Positions 35,850-45,245 of a DNA stretch of 64,000 bases are shown here, one piece after another. A program made the position numbers and the translations under genes. The notes under the pieces were generated by a model that made no database searches, was not told the origin of the DNA, and saw only the letters and a list, made by a program, of their open reading frames with translations. Every line of letters begins with the position of its first letter. Within the stretch, counting starts at the first letter, position 1. Origin of the DNA: Verrucomicrobiota bacterium (GTDB lineage Bacteria; Verrucomicrobiota; Verrucomicrobiia; Limisphaerales; CANJXF01); assembly GCA_038214755.1 (NCBI GenBank), contig JBBQRQ010000001.1, forward strand, positions 32,001 through 96,000. Reading direction: 5' to 3'.

Positions 35850-36470
35850 TTATTCCAAAAGCTGAGCGCGACACTGCCGCATTTTTTCTGCCTCAACAAT
35901 CGCTTCCATCCGGCGCAAATCTTCCGCAATCGTCGTGCTGATCAGGAGGTAATCAAAGTTTTTCCACTGCGCAATTTCCTGTCGAGCCACGCTCAAACGT
36001 TTCTGAATATTGGCCGTCGAATCCTGGCCGCGACGTTTGAGCCGCGCTTCCAGTTCAGCGAAAGTCGAGGTGGTCAGGAAGACGGTGACCAATGCCTTTT
36101 TGAGTTCCTCGTCTTCGCCCGCTTTTTCGCGAACGGTCGCCGCGCCTTGCACGTCGATGTTGAGCAAAACATCTTTGCCCTGACGCAATTTGCCGAGCAC
36201 TTCCGATTTCAAGATTCCGTAGCTGCTTCCATAAACGGTCGCGTGCTCCAAAAAGTTTCCAGCCTGAACGCGCCTCAAAAAATTACCCGCATCCAGAAAA
36301 TAATAATCGACTGCATCGACTTCTCCTTCGCGCGCGGGGCGAGTCGTGCAAGTGACGGCGCGAGTCATGTTCGGATGATGCGCCAGCAATTGTTTGCACA
36401 GGGTTGTCTTGCCGCCGCCCGAGGGAGCGGAGACGACGATGAGCAATGGATTTAAATTTTTGTCAGACAT
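35850..36470 (-). CDS. gmk: Guanylate kinase
   Basis: SAPSGGGKTT, TTRPAREGE...DYYF, IDVQGA. Confidence 0.97.
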   Translation of the reverse strand: MSDKNLNPLLIVVSAPSGGGKTTLCKQLLAHHPNMTRAVTCTTRPAREGEVDAVDYYFLDAGNFLRRVQAGNFLEHATVYGSSYGILKSEVLGKLRQGKDVLLNIDVQGAATVREKAGEDEELKKALVTVFLTTSTFAELEARLKRRGQDSTANIQKRLSVARQEIAQWKNFDYLLISTTIAEDLRRMEAIVEAEKMRQCRAQLLE

Positions 36471-36524
36471 TTTTTTAAACTCGGAGTGCGGAACGCGGAA
36501 CGCGGAATTCTGTCTCCTGCTTTT

Positions 36525-37406
36525 TCATTCCACGTTCTGGACTTGTTCGCGAAATCTTTCCAATTCGGCTTTGAGCACGACGACTTCGCGCGAGATCAAC
36601 GAGTTGTTGGCTTTTGATCCAATCGTGTTCACTTCGCGATTCATTTCTTGCGCCAAAAAATCGAGCGTGCGGCCCACCGGCTCAGTTGAGTTCAACGAAT
36701 CATCGAACTGTTGGAAATGACTTTCCAGTCGCGTCAATTCCTCCGAGATGTCCGAGCGATCGGCGAAATAAACCACTTCCTTGATCAGCCGTTCGTCATC
36801 GAGCGCAGGCATTTCGAGGCCGGCATTTTTCACGCGAAGCACCAATTGGTCGCGATAGCGTTTCTGCACTTCCGGGGCGTGTGTTTGAATTTGAGCAAAA
36901 GCTTTGCGGATCGTGTTCATGCGCGCGATCAAATCTTTCGCCAGATGCGCGCCTTCGCGGGAACGCATTTTTAAAAGCGACGCCAGCGCGCCTTGCAGCG
37001 CCTTGTTCACGGCCGGCCAAAAATCTTCCGCGTCGCCGATGTCTTCGTCGGCCTGCAAAACGCCCGGAGAACGAATCAACAAATCCAGAGTCAGCGGCTC
37101 GGAAAGTTTTAGCTCTTTGGAAAGCTTGGAAAATTCTTTCGCGTAATTTTTGGCGAGAGCGACGTTGACGCGAAATTTGCCATCGGAATTATTTTCGGCA
37201 GAGTGCATTGAGACGCGGACACTCAATCTCCCGCGCGAAATGCACTTGTTGATTTCGTCGCGCACCTGCGCCTCCAGCACTTCAAGTTCGCGTGGCAGGT
37301 TGATGGAGATTTCGCTTTGCTTGCGATTGACCGCGCTGAGTTCGACTGTGATTTTGAATCCGCGCAGAGCGCATTCGCCGCGCCCGTAACCGGTCATTGA
37401 CTTCAT
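36525..37406 (-). CDS. yicC: YicC/YloC family endoribonuclease
   Basis: MKSMTGYG, DISEELTRL.SH, GRTLDFLAQEMNREVNTIGSK, REQVQNVE. Confidence 0.93.
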   Translation of the reverse strand: MKSMTGYGRGECALRGFKITVELSAVNRKQSEISINLPRELEVLEAQVRDEINKCISRGRLSVRVSMHSAENNSDGKFRVNVALAKNYAKEFSKLSKELKLSEPLTLDLLIRSPGVLQADEDIGDAEDFWPAVNKALQGALASLLKMRSREGAHLAKDLIARMNTIRKAFAQIQTHAPEVQKRYRDQLVLRVKNAGLEMPALDDERLIKEVVYFADRSDISEELTRLESHFQQFDDSLNSTEPVGRTLDFLAQEMNREVNTIGSKANNSLISREVVVLKAELERFREQVQNVE

Positions 37407-37471
37407 GTGCCCGCGACTATGGGGAAAGTTTGCGCGGCAATCCAATCTTTTTCGAGCGGGTAATGGCGAAG

Positions 37472-37575
37472 GGGCGCATCTCAATTTCTTGCAAAATAAC
37501 GGAACGCCGATCTCCTCATCGACTCGCGGAAAATGTGGACCGTTCCACTGCCGATCAGGAGATCGGCGTTCCGTT
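37472..37575. repeat. Lone family K arm (GGGCGCATCTCAATTTCTTGCAA) beside a family C doublet (GGAACGCCGATCTCC...GGAGATCGGCGTTCC)
   Basis: K matches 42410-42432; C matches 56952-57022. Confidence 0.82.
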
Positions 37576-37709
37576 GCCGTTATCGAGTTGAAGCGGAATA
37601 AATTCCGCGCTCCAATCCCTCGACGTTGTTGCCTCAACTGAATCGTTCCCGTTAGCCGCGCTCCCTGATTGCGTCTTGCGTAATTTGTCTGAACTTCTAT
37701 TTTTTATTC

Positions 37710-37964
37710 ATGCCGACATCTTTACAGCAGGCTGATTTGGATGACCTAAGAAAGTCCGTGAAAGAAGAGGTTCAAAAATTAAACGCTCGCATTGAGGAGG
37801 TTGAAAAATCTTTGAAAGATTTTCGCGCTTCCAAAACGCTCGCACAAACCCGGCGGCTGCAAACGGATTCGGGTTGGGTCAAAAAACTTCGCGCGCAATA
37901 CGATGAAGAAGTTTGCCAAAATACCCTCGAAGCGAATCGTCTTTTTCCCGTTGCGGAAGAATGA
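37710..37964 (+). CDS. Putative antitoxin
   Basis: 84 aa, ATGA overlap with CcdB-like gene. Confidence 0.55.
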   Translation: MPTSLQQADLDDLRKSVKEEVQKLNARIEEVEKSLKDFRASKTLAQTRRLQTDSGWVKKLRAQYDEEVCQNTLEANRLFPVAEE

Positions 37965-38248
37965 AATTGCCCTTGTATTCTTCGCGAGCGACGGGCTTAA
38001 CGCCAAACCTTGTCGGAATTCAACATCCTGTTTTAGACATGTTGCCAACCGTTTTGGTCTGTCCGATTAAAGAGGCGGAAACAGTGACGAATGTGAGGAC
38101 CATTATAGATTGGCAGGGCGTCCGATATACCGTGCTGTGCGACCTCGCTCGTCCCGTTAATCGTAAAGCGCTTCGTCAAGTGGGCCAACTGGATCTGGTC
38201 GCGTCGGAAAAAATAATCGAAACCTTCGTGAGGTTAATCGCATTGTGA
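37961..38248 (+). CDS. CcdB/PemK-fold toxin-like protein
   Basis: LV.IQH..LD.LPT.LVCPI, L...VGQL pattern. Confidence 0.7.
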   Translation: MKLPLYSSRATGLTPNLVGIQHPVLDMLPTVLVCPIKEAETVTNVRTIIDWQGVRYTVLCDLARPVNRKALRQVGQLDLVASEKIIETFVRLIAL

Positions 38249-39648
38249 GGATTAGATCCGGAATTTTCCGCTCAACAACTTTCGCAGCCACTCTTTTGTT
38301 GGCAGGGGCGGTAGCGGCTTTCCTGGCGTATCGAAACTCTGAGCCTCCTGTTCAGCCCAAGGCCTACGTGATTGGTGAGACCGCCAGAGAAGAAATTGTC
38401 GCGCCAAAGAAATTTACGGTCGTCGATACTTCAGAAACGCAACAACGCCGCCAAACCGAAATGGCCAGAGTCCCGGCGGTGTTTCGTTTTCAAAAAAATA
38501 TTTCGGACGAAGCTGTCGGGAAATTCAGCACGGAATTTGTTTTCGCGCGGGAAAAATTCTTGAGCGAGATCGAGGCAAAATTCAAGACGCACACCCTGAC
38601 GACAAACCAGATCGAGACACCGCGTTTTCGCCGCCTGTTCACTGCGTTCAAAGAGGAAAATAAATTTTTCCCGGTGAACATCGCCGAGGCAAAAAAATGG
38701 GCGCAAGGCGACACCGAAGACGATTTGCAAAAACAACTCGGAGCCACCCTGCGTCAAGCTGCCGGGAGATTTATTCGCGCCGACGCCTGGCCGCCCATCG
38801 GGCAAACTTTTCAAATCAGAATCTTGAGTGACAACGCCGCCCGGCCGGAAATGCCCTTGGATCAACTTCGGCAGCAGAGCAAAATTTTGCGCCGGACAAA
38901 TCTGGTGGCGTTGACCAAAGCCCGAAACGAGTTGCTCAACAGTTTTCCCAAAAACGACCGCGCCTTCGCCAAAGTCCTGACCAACTTCGTTTCGGTGAAT
39001 TGCTTTTTTGAAGAAGAGTTGACGCGCCGAATTCGCGCGGAAAAAGAAAACTCAATCTGGGTCGTAAGTTCTTACGAGCCGGGGCAGGTGATCGTTCGTC
39101 CCGGTGAATTGATTGACGCAAAAATCAAGGCCGCTTTGGACGCGATAAAAATCCAATCGCCGCCGACGAGCGCGAAAATCAATTCGGCAAAAAAGATTTG
39201 GCTGTGGAGCGCGGCTGGATTTTGCGGAGCACTGGCTTTGATCATTTGGCTGCGGGGTTTTGCCGCTCGCTCTCGCACCAGTTTGGTTGTCGCGCGAAAC
39301 GTCGTCGCTTTGCCGCGATTGGAAAACGAAATTCTCGAAACAAAATTACTCCCGCATCTGGCGCGACAGTTGATGAATAAATTCGTCCGCCGATTGATTT
39401 CCCAACGCGCGGATTTGATGGAGACGCAATCGAGCGGGGCGGATCAATTGAATGAACTCGAAGGACGACTCGATCAAATCGACACTCGTTGGCAAATGCG
39501 CCAGATCGCCTACGAAACCCGCATCGCCCAACTGGAACGCGATCTGGCGCTGGCCGAGGAAGAGAACCGCGAATTGATCCGCGCCAAAATTCGCGAGGCG
39601 CGCCAAAATCTGGAGTGGGCCAAAGCGCAGGGGAACGGTGCGCGCTGA
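38245..39648 (+). CDS. Membrane protein with 7TM-HD extracellular-like region and C-terminal coiled coil
   Basis: IGETAREEIVAP, VPAVFRF, PGQVIVRPGELI; only two TM helices and no HD domain seen. Confidence 0.65.
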   Translation: MRIRSGIFRSTTFAATLLLAGAVAAFLAYRNSEPPVQPKAYVIGETAREEIVAPKKFTVVDTSETQQRRQTEMARVPAVFRFQKNISDEAVGKFSTEFVFAREKFLSEIEAKFKTHTLTTNQIETPRFRRLFTAFKEENKFFPVNIAEAKKWAQGDTEDDLQKQLGATLRQAAGRFIRADAWPPIGQTFQIRILSDNAARPEMPLDQLRQQSKILRRTNLVALTKARNELLNSFPKNDRAFAKVLTNFVSVNCFFEEELTRRIRAEKENSIWVVSSYEPGQVIVRPGELIDAKIKAALDAIKIQSPPTSAKINSAKKIWLWSAAGFCGALALIIWLRGFAARSRTSLVVARNVVALPRLENEILETKLLPHLARQLMNKFVRRLISQRADLMETQSSGADQLNELEGRLDQIDTRWQMRQIAYETRIAQLERDLALAEEENRELIRAKIREARQNLEWAKAQGNGAR

Positions 39649-40662
39649 TCACGCCGCTTTTTTTGGATGGGTGCGCAAGGCTTGCTCGTAACATTCCATC
39701 GCCTCGGTGAAACGTTGCAGCCGATTCAGCACGCCGCCTTTGTAGAGGTAAGCCACCGTGAGCGAAGGATCGGCGGCGAGGGCGCGGTCGTAAGTTTCTA
39801 TAGCCTCGGCGAATTTGCGCAACCCTTCGAGAGCGGTGCCTTTTTTGATCAACGCCTCGGTGTTCTCGGGATCAATTTCGAGGGCGCTTTCAAAATAACC
39901 CAAAGCCTTTTCTGAATCACCGCTGCTCAATAAAGAATGTCCCTTCACGAGCAAAGAATTGAACTCCGACGAACTCTCTGGATTGAATTTTTGTGTGGCC
40001 AAATCTTTTAGCTCACGATGCGATTTCGGCTCGAAGGCTTTTTGTGTCTGAGAATTGGCGGCGACAGAGTCGAGTTGATGAATTTTTTTTTCCAATTGCT
40101 CGATAGCGTAAAGGAATCGCGCCGTCACCTGCTCGGTGGAATTGAGCCGGGCGGGAGCGTCAAGCGCACCGCCGCCCAAAAATCGCGCGGCGTCCGGTGG
40201 AGCGCTCATCGGGAAAAATGGCGCGGTGGCGGCGAGACGATTCAGGGCGCGGATTTGAAAATAAACGGTTAAAAAAAGCGCGAGCATCCCGATTCCCGCC
40301 AGCAGAACGGCGGCGACGAGCACCAATTGATTGGATTGCCGCATGGAGAGAATGGATTGCAAATCCCGTTCGCGTTGCACGGTGAGATTTTTTTCCACGG
40401 AATTGAGGCGCTCGGTAAAAAGATCGGCATGGTATTTCGCGGCGGCCTCCGCATCCTGCCGCCCCTGTTCGATGGCGCGAAGAGCGTTGCGCAATTGTTC
40501 TTGCAGTTGAAGATTGGAGCGCAACAAATCCTGCGTCTCGCTCCGATAATTGGCGGAAGAATTTGGTTCGTCCAATGCGGCTGGCTCAGCGGAAAAACTT
40601 CGATTCAGGAAAGAACAGCCGACCAAAAAAACGACAAAAATGGCGGGCACGGATTTTTTCAT
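39649..40662 (-). CDS. Membrane protein with C-terminal TPR repeats
   Basis: Signal, coiled coil, TM, then ALEIDPENTEALIKKG-type TPRs. Confidence 0.8.
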   Translation of the reverse strand: MKKSVPAIFVVFLVGCSFLNRSFSAEPAALDEPNSSANYRSETQDLLRSNLQLQEQLRNALRAIEQGRQDAEAAAKYHADLFTERLNSVEKNLTVQRERDLQSILSMRQSNQLVLVAAVLLAGIGMLALFLTVYFQIRALNRLAATAPFFPMSAPPDAARFLGGGALDAPARLNSTEQVTARFLYAIEQLEKKIHQLDSVAANSQTQKAFEPKSHRELKDLATQKFNPESSSEFNSLLVKGHSLLSSGDSEKALGYFESALEIDPENTEALIKKGTALEGLRKFAEAIETYDRALAADPSLTVAYLYKGGVLNRLQRFTEAMECYEQALRTHPKKAA

Positions 40663-40686
40663 GACGAGGACAGCGCGCAAAAAAAT

Positions 40687-40947
40687 TCAAGGTTGATTTC
40701 GTTTTAGCCCCAGCGAATCCGCGATTTCATCAAACTCTTCGACATCGACCTGCTCCAGACGTTTGCCTTTGGCGGCGAGCTTCTCAATTATTTTCAGCGC
40801 CTTCTCCGTCATGACTTCGTGCGTTTCCTGCGAACCGCCAAGCAGCGCAAAATTGGGGCCGGTCGTAATCCGTTTGTGTCCGTCGGAATCCAAACCGATG
40901 CCCAGGAGAATGAGAGATTTTCTTTTTTTTCGGGGCGGGTTCGGCAT
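40687..40947 (-). CDS. Small hypothetical protein
   Basis: 86 aa, LLGIGLDSDGHKRIT.G.NF.LLGGS.ETHE. Confidence 0.7.
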   Translation of the reverse strand: MPNPPRKKRKSLILLGIGLDSDGHKRITTGPNFALLGGSQETHEVMTEKALKIIEKLAAKGKRLEQVDVEEFDEIADSLGLKRNQP

Positions 40948-41083
40948 GGCAGAAAACTATCGCCGACAATTTCTCTTTCAAACTTTAATTTCTGCGGGGG
41001 GGGGGAAGTCCTTAAGGAACGCCCTGAGTGGGAGCGCATCTGGCGGGGTGTTTGCTGAACTAGAGATGAAATAGAAGATACTC

Positions 41084-41206
41084 CGGAGCGCGGCTGTGTC
41101 GTCCTCGACCAGCCGCAGGATGTCGCCAGGATAAATCCAATTTATTCCGACGGCCATTTCAGGCGAGGTTGCTGCGGCTGGTCGAGGACGACACAGCCGC
41201 GCTCCG
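41084..41206. repeat. Family F doublet (CGGAGCGCGGCTGTGTCGTCCTCGACCAGCCGCAG...)
   Basis: About 35-bp perfect inverted arms. Confidence 0.9.
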
Positions 41207-41261
41207 TTTCGAGCCACCGTCCTGGAGCCACACGCGCCCAGGATTCCTCTGAGTCATCTCA

Positions 41262-42281
41262 TCACTCTCTCGGATTGAAGGAGGATTCGCGCGCGAGTTT
41301 TTCCCAAAGCTCTTTTTCTTTTTCGCTGATCTCTTTCGGAATGGCGATGCGCGCGACAACAAACAAATCTCCGATCGTTCCATCCCGGTTCGGCAGGCCG
41401 CGACCCTTCACCCGCAGGCGCTGGCCGCTCTGCATGCCTGGTGGAATTTTGATGTTCACCGGCGATTGCAACGTGGGAATTTTTGCACTGGTGCCGAGCG
41501 CGGCCTCCCATGGCGCGAGATCGAGATCGTAAAAAATATTTGCTCCTTCCACTCGGAAATCCGGGTTCGCCGCAAACTTTACCCGCAAAAATAAATCGCC
41601 ATGCGGCGCGTTGCCGGTTCCGGCTTCACCTTGGCCCGCGACGCGCAGCTTCTGTCCTTCTCGCACTCCCGCCGGAATTTTTACCTGATACTTTTCTGTG
41701 CGCGGAATTTGTCCGGAGCCGCCGCACGCCGGACAAACGCGATTTTGCATCTGGCCGGTTCCATGACAACGGTCGCATCGCGCGGTGCGGCGCAGAGAAA
41801 TCGGGCGCACTGAACCGGTCATCGCCTCGGCCAGCGTCACCATGATGTCTGCTTCAAGATCGCGACCACGTTCGGCCGACTCCTGTTCAAATCCACCGCG
41901 TCGCGCCGATCGGCCGCCGCCAAAAAATTGTTCAAAAAAATCGCTGAACCCCGTTCCGCCAAATTCAAAATCTTCCGTTCCCTGACCCGGCGCGCCGGCG
42001 CGCCACGTGTGCGTGCGATAACTTTGTCCACCGGGCGGCGGGGCGAATCCGCCTTTCCAATCCGCGCCGAGCGTGTCGTATTTTTTGCGCTTCTCCTTGT
42101 CGCTCAAAACTTCGTAAGCCTCGTTGATCTCCTTAAATTTTTCTTCGGCTTGAGCTTTATTTTTCGCGACATCCGGATGGTAGAGCCGCGCTAATTTGCG
42201 AAAGGCTTTGCGGATATCATCTTCACTCGCCGTTCGCGTTACGCCCAACGTCTTGTAGTAATCCTTGAATTCGACAGCCAT
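41262..42281 (-). CDS. DnaJ-class chaperone (CbpA-like with partial zinc finger)
   Basis: KDYY, HPD, EAYEVLSD, GFSDFF, two CxxCxGxG. Confidence 0.92.
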   Translation of the reverse strand: MAVEFKDYYKTLGVTRTASEDDIRKAFRKLARLYHPDVAKNKAQAEEKFKEINEAYEVLSDKEKRKKYDTLGADWKGGFAPPPGGQSYRTHTWRAGAPGQGTEDFEFGGTGFSDFFEQFFGGGRSARRGGFEQESAERGRDLEADIMVTLAEAMTGSVRPISLRRTARCDRCHGTGQMQNRVCPACGGSGQIPRTEKYQVKIPAGVREGQKLRVAGQGEAGTGNAPHGDLFLRVKFAANPDFRVEGANIFYDLDLAPWEAALGTSAKIPTLQSPVNIKIPPGMQSGQRLRVKGRGLPNRDGTIGDLFVVARIAIPKEISEKEKELWEKLARESSFNPRE

Positions 42282-42375
42282 AAATATTTGCGCCCGCGCC
42301 ATTTTTGCGGTTGCCCACACTAAAGCACAAATTTTATTTCCCGCTAAAAAAATAGAATCGGAAATGAATCCGAAG

Positions 42376-42665
42376 GTAGCCGCCGACGTGAGAAGGCGGA
42401 TTCGTGATCGGGCGCATCTCAGTTTCTTGCAATGTTCGTTCCGAATCTCATTAGCACCCGGCTTCAGCCGGGTGTTTGAGGTCGAGAGGCGAATTCAACC
42501 GCTTCAGCGGTTTTGCCCCATGCGGGAAACTGCTGAAGCGGTTGAGGAGCGCAATCTGTTTCTGTTCACCCGGCTGAAGCCGGGTGTTAATGAGAGTTGC
42601 AAGAAACTGAGATGCGCCCTTCGTGGTGTCTCAACGAAAATCCGCCTCCTCACGTCGGCGGCTAC
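42376..42665. repeat. Nested palindrome: family A > family K > family M (four concentric inverted-repeat pairs)
   Basis: A 42376-42400/42641-42665; K 42410-42432/42597-42619; M 42446-42474/42567-42595; core 42495-42513/42527-42545. Confidence 0.92.
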
Positions 42666-42723
42666 GGTTATTCTTTTTTCCATTTGCGCTGCGAACTTTG
42701 CGACTACAAAATCGGTTCACAAA

Positions 42724-43806
42724 ATGAACTATGGCTTAAACATTTCTCAAAAAGGCGCGCTGGATTTCCTTTCATTGGGCGCGCTCGTTCATCGCCTGGA
42801 TCCGGGCGTCATCCCATTTCGCAAGGCGTCGCATTGCGACATTCATGTCAGCGGAGGCGAGTTCAACGTGGCGGCGAATTTGTCCGATTGTTTTCGACTC
42901 AAAACAGGCGTCGTCAGCGCGATGGTGGATTATCCGATTGGCGATTTGATTGCAGAACGGGTTCGCGCCATGGGCGTCAAACCGTTTTACAAAAATTTCA
43001 AACACGACGGCGTGCATGGCCCAAACATGGCGACGGTTTACAGTGACCGCGGCCAGGGCGTGCGCGCGCCGGTGGTTTTTTACAATCGCTGCAACGAAGC
43101 GGCCGCGCAGTTGAAGCCGGGCGATTTTAATTGGAAAGAAATTTTTGACCCTGGCGTGAGGTGGTTTCATAGCGGTGGAATTTTTGCGGCGCTTTCACCG
43201 ACGACGGCAGAAGTAATTATAGAAGCGATGCAAGCGGCCAAAGCGGCGGGCGCGGTGACATCGTTCGATTTAAATTATCGCGCGAAACTTTGGAACATCG
43301 TCGGCGGAAATGATCGCGCCGTTTCAATTTTGGATCGCATCGTGAAGAACGTCGATGTGCTCGTCGGCAACGAAGAAGATTTGCAACTCGGCTTGGGAAT
43401 TCCCGGCCCGGAAGTCGCGGCAAAAGACAAGCTCGATCCGAGCGCCTTCTTCAGCATGATGGGCAACGTCACCAAAAAACATCCGCACATAAAAATCGTG
43501 GCGACCACGTTGCGCGAAGTTCATTCGACGAACCGGCACAGTTGGGGCGCGGTCGCGTGGATCGATGGAAAAACTTTTGTTTCTCCGACCTGCGAATTGG
43601 ATGTGATTGATCGCGTCGGCGGCGGAGACGGCTATGCCGCAGGATTTTTTTATGGCTTGCTGAAAGGTGTTTCGCCGCAAGACGCCGTGAATCTCGGCTG
43701 GGCGCACGGCGCATTGCTCACGACTTTTCCCGGCGACACGACGATGGCGACGGTGGAGCAAGTAGAAGCTTTTGCCAAAGGCGGGAGCGCGCGAATTCAG
43801 AGATGA
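42724..43806 (+). CDS. kdgK: PfkB sugar kinase, 2-keto-3-deoxygluconate kinase-like
   Basis: GGEFNVA, WFHSGGIF, SFDLNYRAKLW, GNEED, DRVGGGD. Confidence 0.82.
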   Translation: MNYGLNISQKGALDFLSLGALVHRLDPGVIPFRKASHCDIHVSGGEFNVAANLSDCFRLKTGVVSAMVDYPIGDLIAERVRAMGVKPFYKNFKHDGVHGPNMATVYSDRGQGVRAPVVFYNRCNEAAAQLKPGDFNWKEIFDPGVRWFHSGGIFAALSPTTAEVIIEAMQAAKAAGAVTSFDLNYRAKLWNIVGGNDRAVSILDRIVKNVDVLVGNEEDLQLGLGIPGPEVAAKDKLDPSAFFSMMGNVTKKHPHIKIVATTLREVHSTNRHSWGAVAWIDGKTFVSPTCELDVIDRVGGGDGYAAGFFYGLLKGVSPQDAVNLGWAHGALLTTFPGDTTMATVEQVEAFAKGGSARIQR

Positions 43807-43819
43807 TTCTTTTTTTGCG

Positions 43820-44032
43820 ATGCGTTACAAATTCAAAGGCTACATTTTTCAATTCACCAGAGGTGACCATGAAGGACGGCATATCCATGTGGTCAAAGGA
43901 ACGAAAAAAGTGGGCGTTTATGATCGAGTCAATGGACCGATTCGCGGCCTGGAAAGAATTTGGAACAAAGATTTGAAAGAAGGCGTTGAAAACTTTATTG
44001 ATAAGTTAAATGAAAGTGGATTTTTCCATTGA
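43820..44032 (+). CDS. DUF4160-like small protein
   Basis: F.F...DHE.RHIHV motif. Confidence 0.65.
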   Translation: MRYKFKGYIFQFTRGDHEGRHIHVVKGTKKVGVYDRVNGPIRGLERIWNKDLKEGVENFIDKLNESGFFH

Positions 44033-44336
44033 GATTGATGTCGCGGACAAAGTCTGGTTCGACGTTTCGTGTGGCAAACTTTTTATTCAAGCTCGTGATT
44101 ACGTGAACGGTATTGAATTTTCAGAAATTGCTGATGAAGACTTTGAATCCAGGAGTCCGGTAGCTTCTTTTTCTCTCGGCTATTCCGGCAGCATGGTTGT
44201 TTGTCATCACAAAGACGGCAAAGAAACGTGGTTGCCGGTGGACATGTGGGAACCCGGCGGATTCACCCCGAAGAGCAGCTTGCCTAAACGGAAGTCACCC
44301 GCCAAAACTCCACGGCTTCAAGAAGCGAAAAGTTAG
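44010..44336 (+). CDS. Partner of the DUF4160-like gene (possibly DUF2442-like)
   Basis: Overlapping two-gene arrangement; acidic 108 aa. Confidence 0.5.
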   Translation: MKVDFSIEIDVADKVWFDVSCGKLFIQARDYVNGIEFSEIADEDFESRSPVASFSLGYSGSMVVCHHKDGKETWLPVDMWEPGGFTPKSSLPKRKSPAKTPRLQEAKS

Positions 44337-44473
44337 TTTTCCGCGCCTCGATTTGAAACTCTTTGTGCCGGTGGCTCGGCGCTTAATCTCCGCTGGATGT
44401 TCTCCTCGGCCGCGCGCGAATTCACGAGTAATCCCATTTGCGAAAACAGGGGCTGGTGTAGTACAAAGGTGGT

Positions 44474-44674
44474 ATGTCAGTCATTACCATTCGCCTCAAA
44501 CGACCAAAGTCCGAGGTGGTCCGGGCGTCCCGTGGCAATTTAAACCAATGGATCAACGGGTTGATCGACCACGCGCTCGCGCCCCGTGAGACCGACTGGA
44601 ACACGCATTTCAAAAAGGAACGGCGAAGCATCGATTACGACGCGGTGTTGAAGGCGCGCCGGGATGAGCGATGA
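44474..44674 (+). CDS. Putative RHH-type antitoxin
   Basis: SVITIRL...NLNQWI; ATGA overlap with PIN gene. Confidence 0.7.
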   Translation: MSVITIRLKRPKSEVVRASRGNLNQWINGLIDHALAPRETDWNTHFKKERRSIDYDAVLKARRDER

Positions 44675-45165
44675 ATTTTGCAGATACCAACTGGCTGGCG
44701 GTTGTTTATTTCGCAAGCCTTCCGGGAAAACCCAAGCACGCCTCCAACCGAAAAACGGTTGAGCGTTTTATGAGACTGCACGGTGGCAAGTTGGTGTTGT
44801 CACATATCGTTCTGCTGGAAGCGCGCAATATATTCTCCCGCTTAACCAATGAATCGGAACCGGAGGAATGGACCGAATTACAAAGTGATTTCAACGGTAA
44901 ACTTTACGTTGACCCCATGAATTGGCATTTGCTCCGGCGCGAAACTGAATCCTTGTTCACCCGCTATTCTTGTAAAGAGTCGATCGGCTCTCTGGACGCT
45001 CTCATTGTTGCTTCCGCCAAACTCGCTGGCGCCACTCGGTTTCTTTCGTTCGATTCACTGGCGGCGGCGCTCGCTTCCGCTGAAGGTATCGAAGCTTTCC
45101 CGCCCTTAAATTCCGAAGGCAAACGTTTCTTAAGAAATCTGACCAGATCCACTGGTCGGCGCTGA
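44671..45165 (+). CDS. PIN-domain (VapC-like) toxin
   Basis: ADTNWL, LLEARN, SLDALIVASA, FLSFD. Confidence 0.85.
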   Translation: MNFADTNWLAVVYFASLPGKPKHASNRKTVERFMRLHGGKLVLSHIVLLEARNIFSRLTNESEPEEWTELQSDFNGKLYVDPMNWHLLRRETESLFTRYSCKESIGSLDALIVASAKLAGATRFLSFDSLAAALASAEGIEAFPPLNSEGKRFLRNLTRSTGRR

Positions 45166-45245
45166 TCGTGGGCGGATTTTGAAGCTACGCGGATACGATT
45201 TGAAAAACTTTGTCTCGCCACGTTCGCACGGCTACCTTCGGTCGC

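Noticed and set aside
42265..42723. N-terminal extension of the kdgK-like ORF (likewise yicC 37407-37637, DUF6797 49891-50028, sigma 7436-7507)
   Set aside because: Read-through of GC-rich, stop-poor repeats; family-typical starts lie downstream
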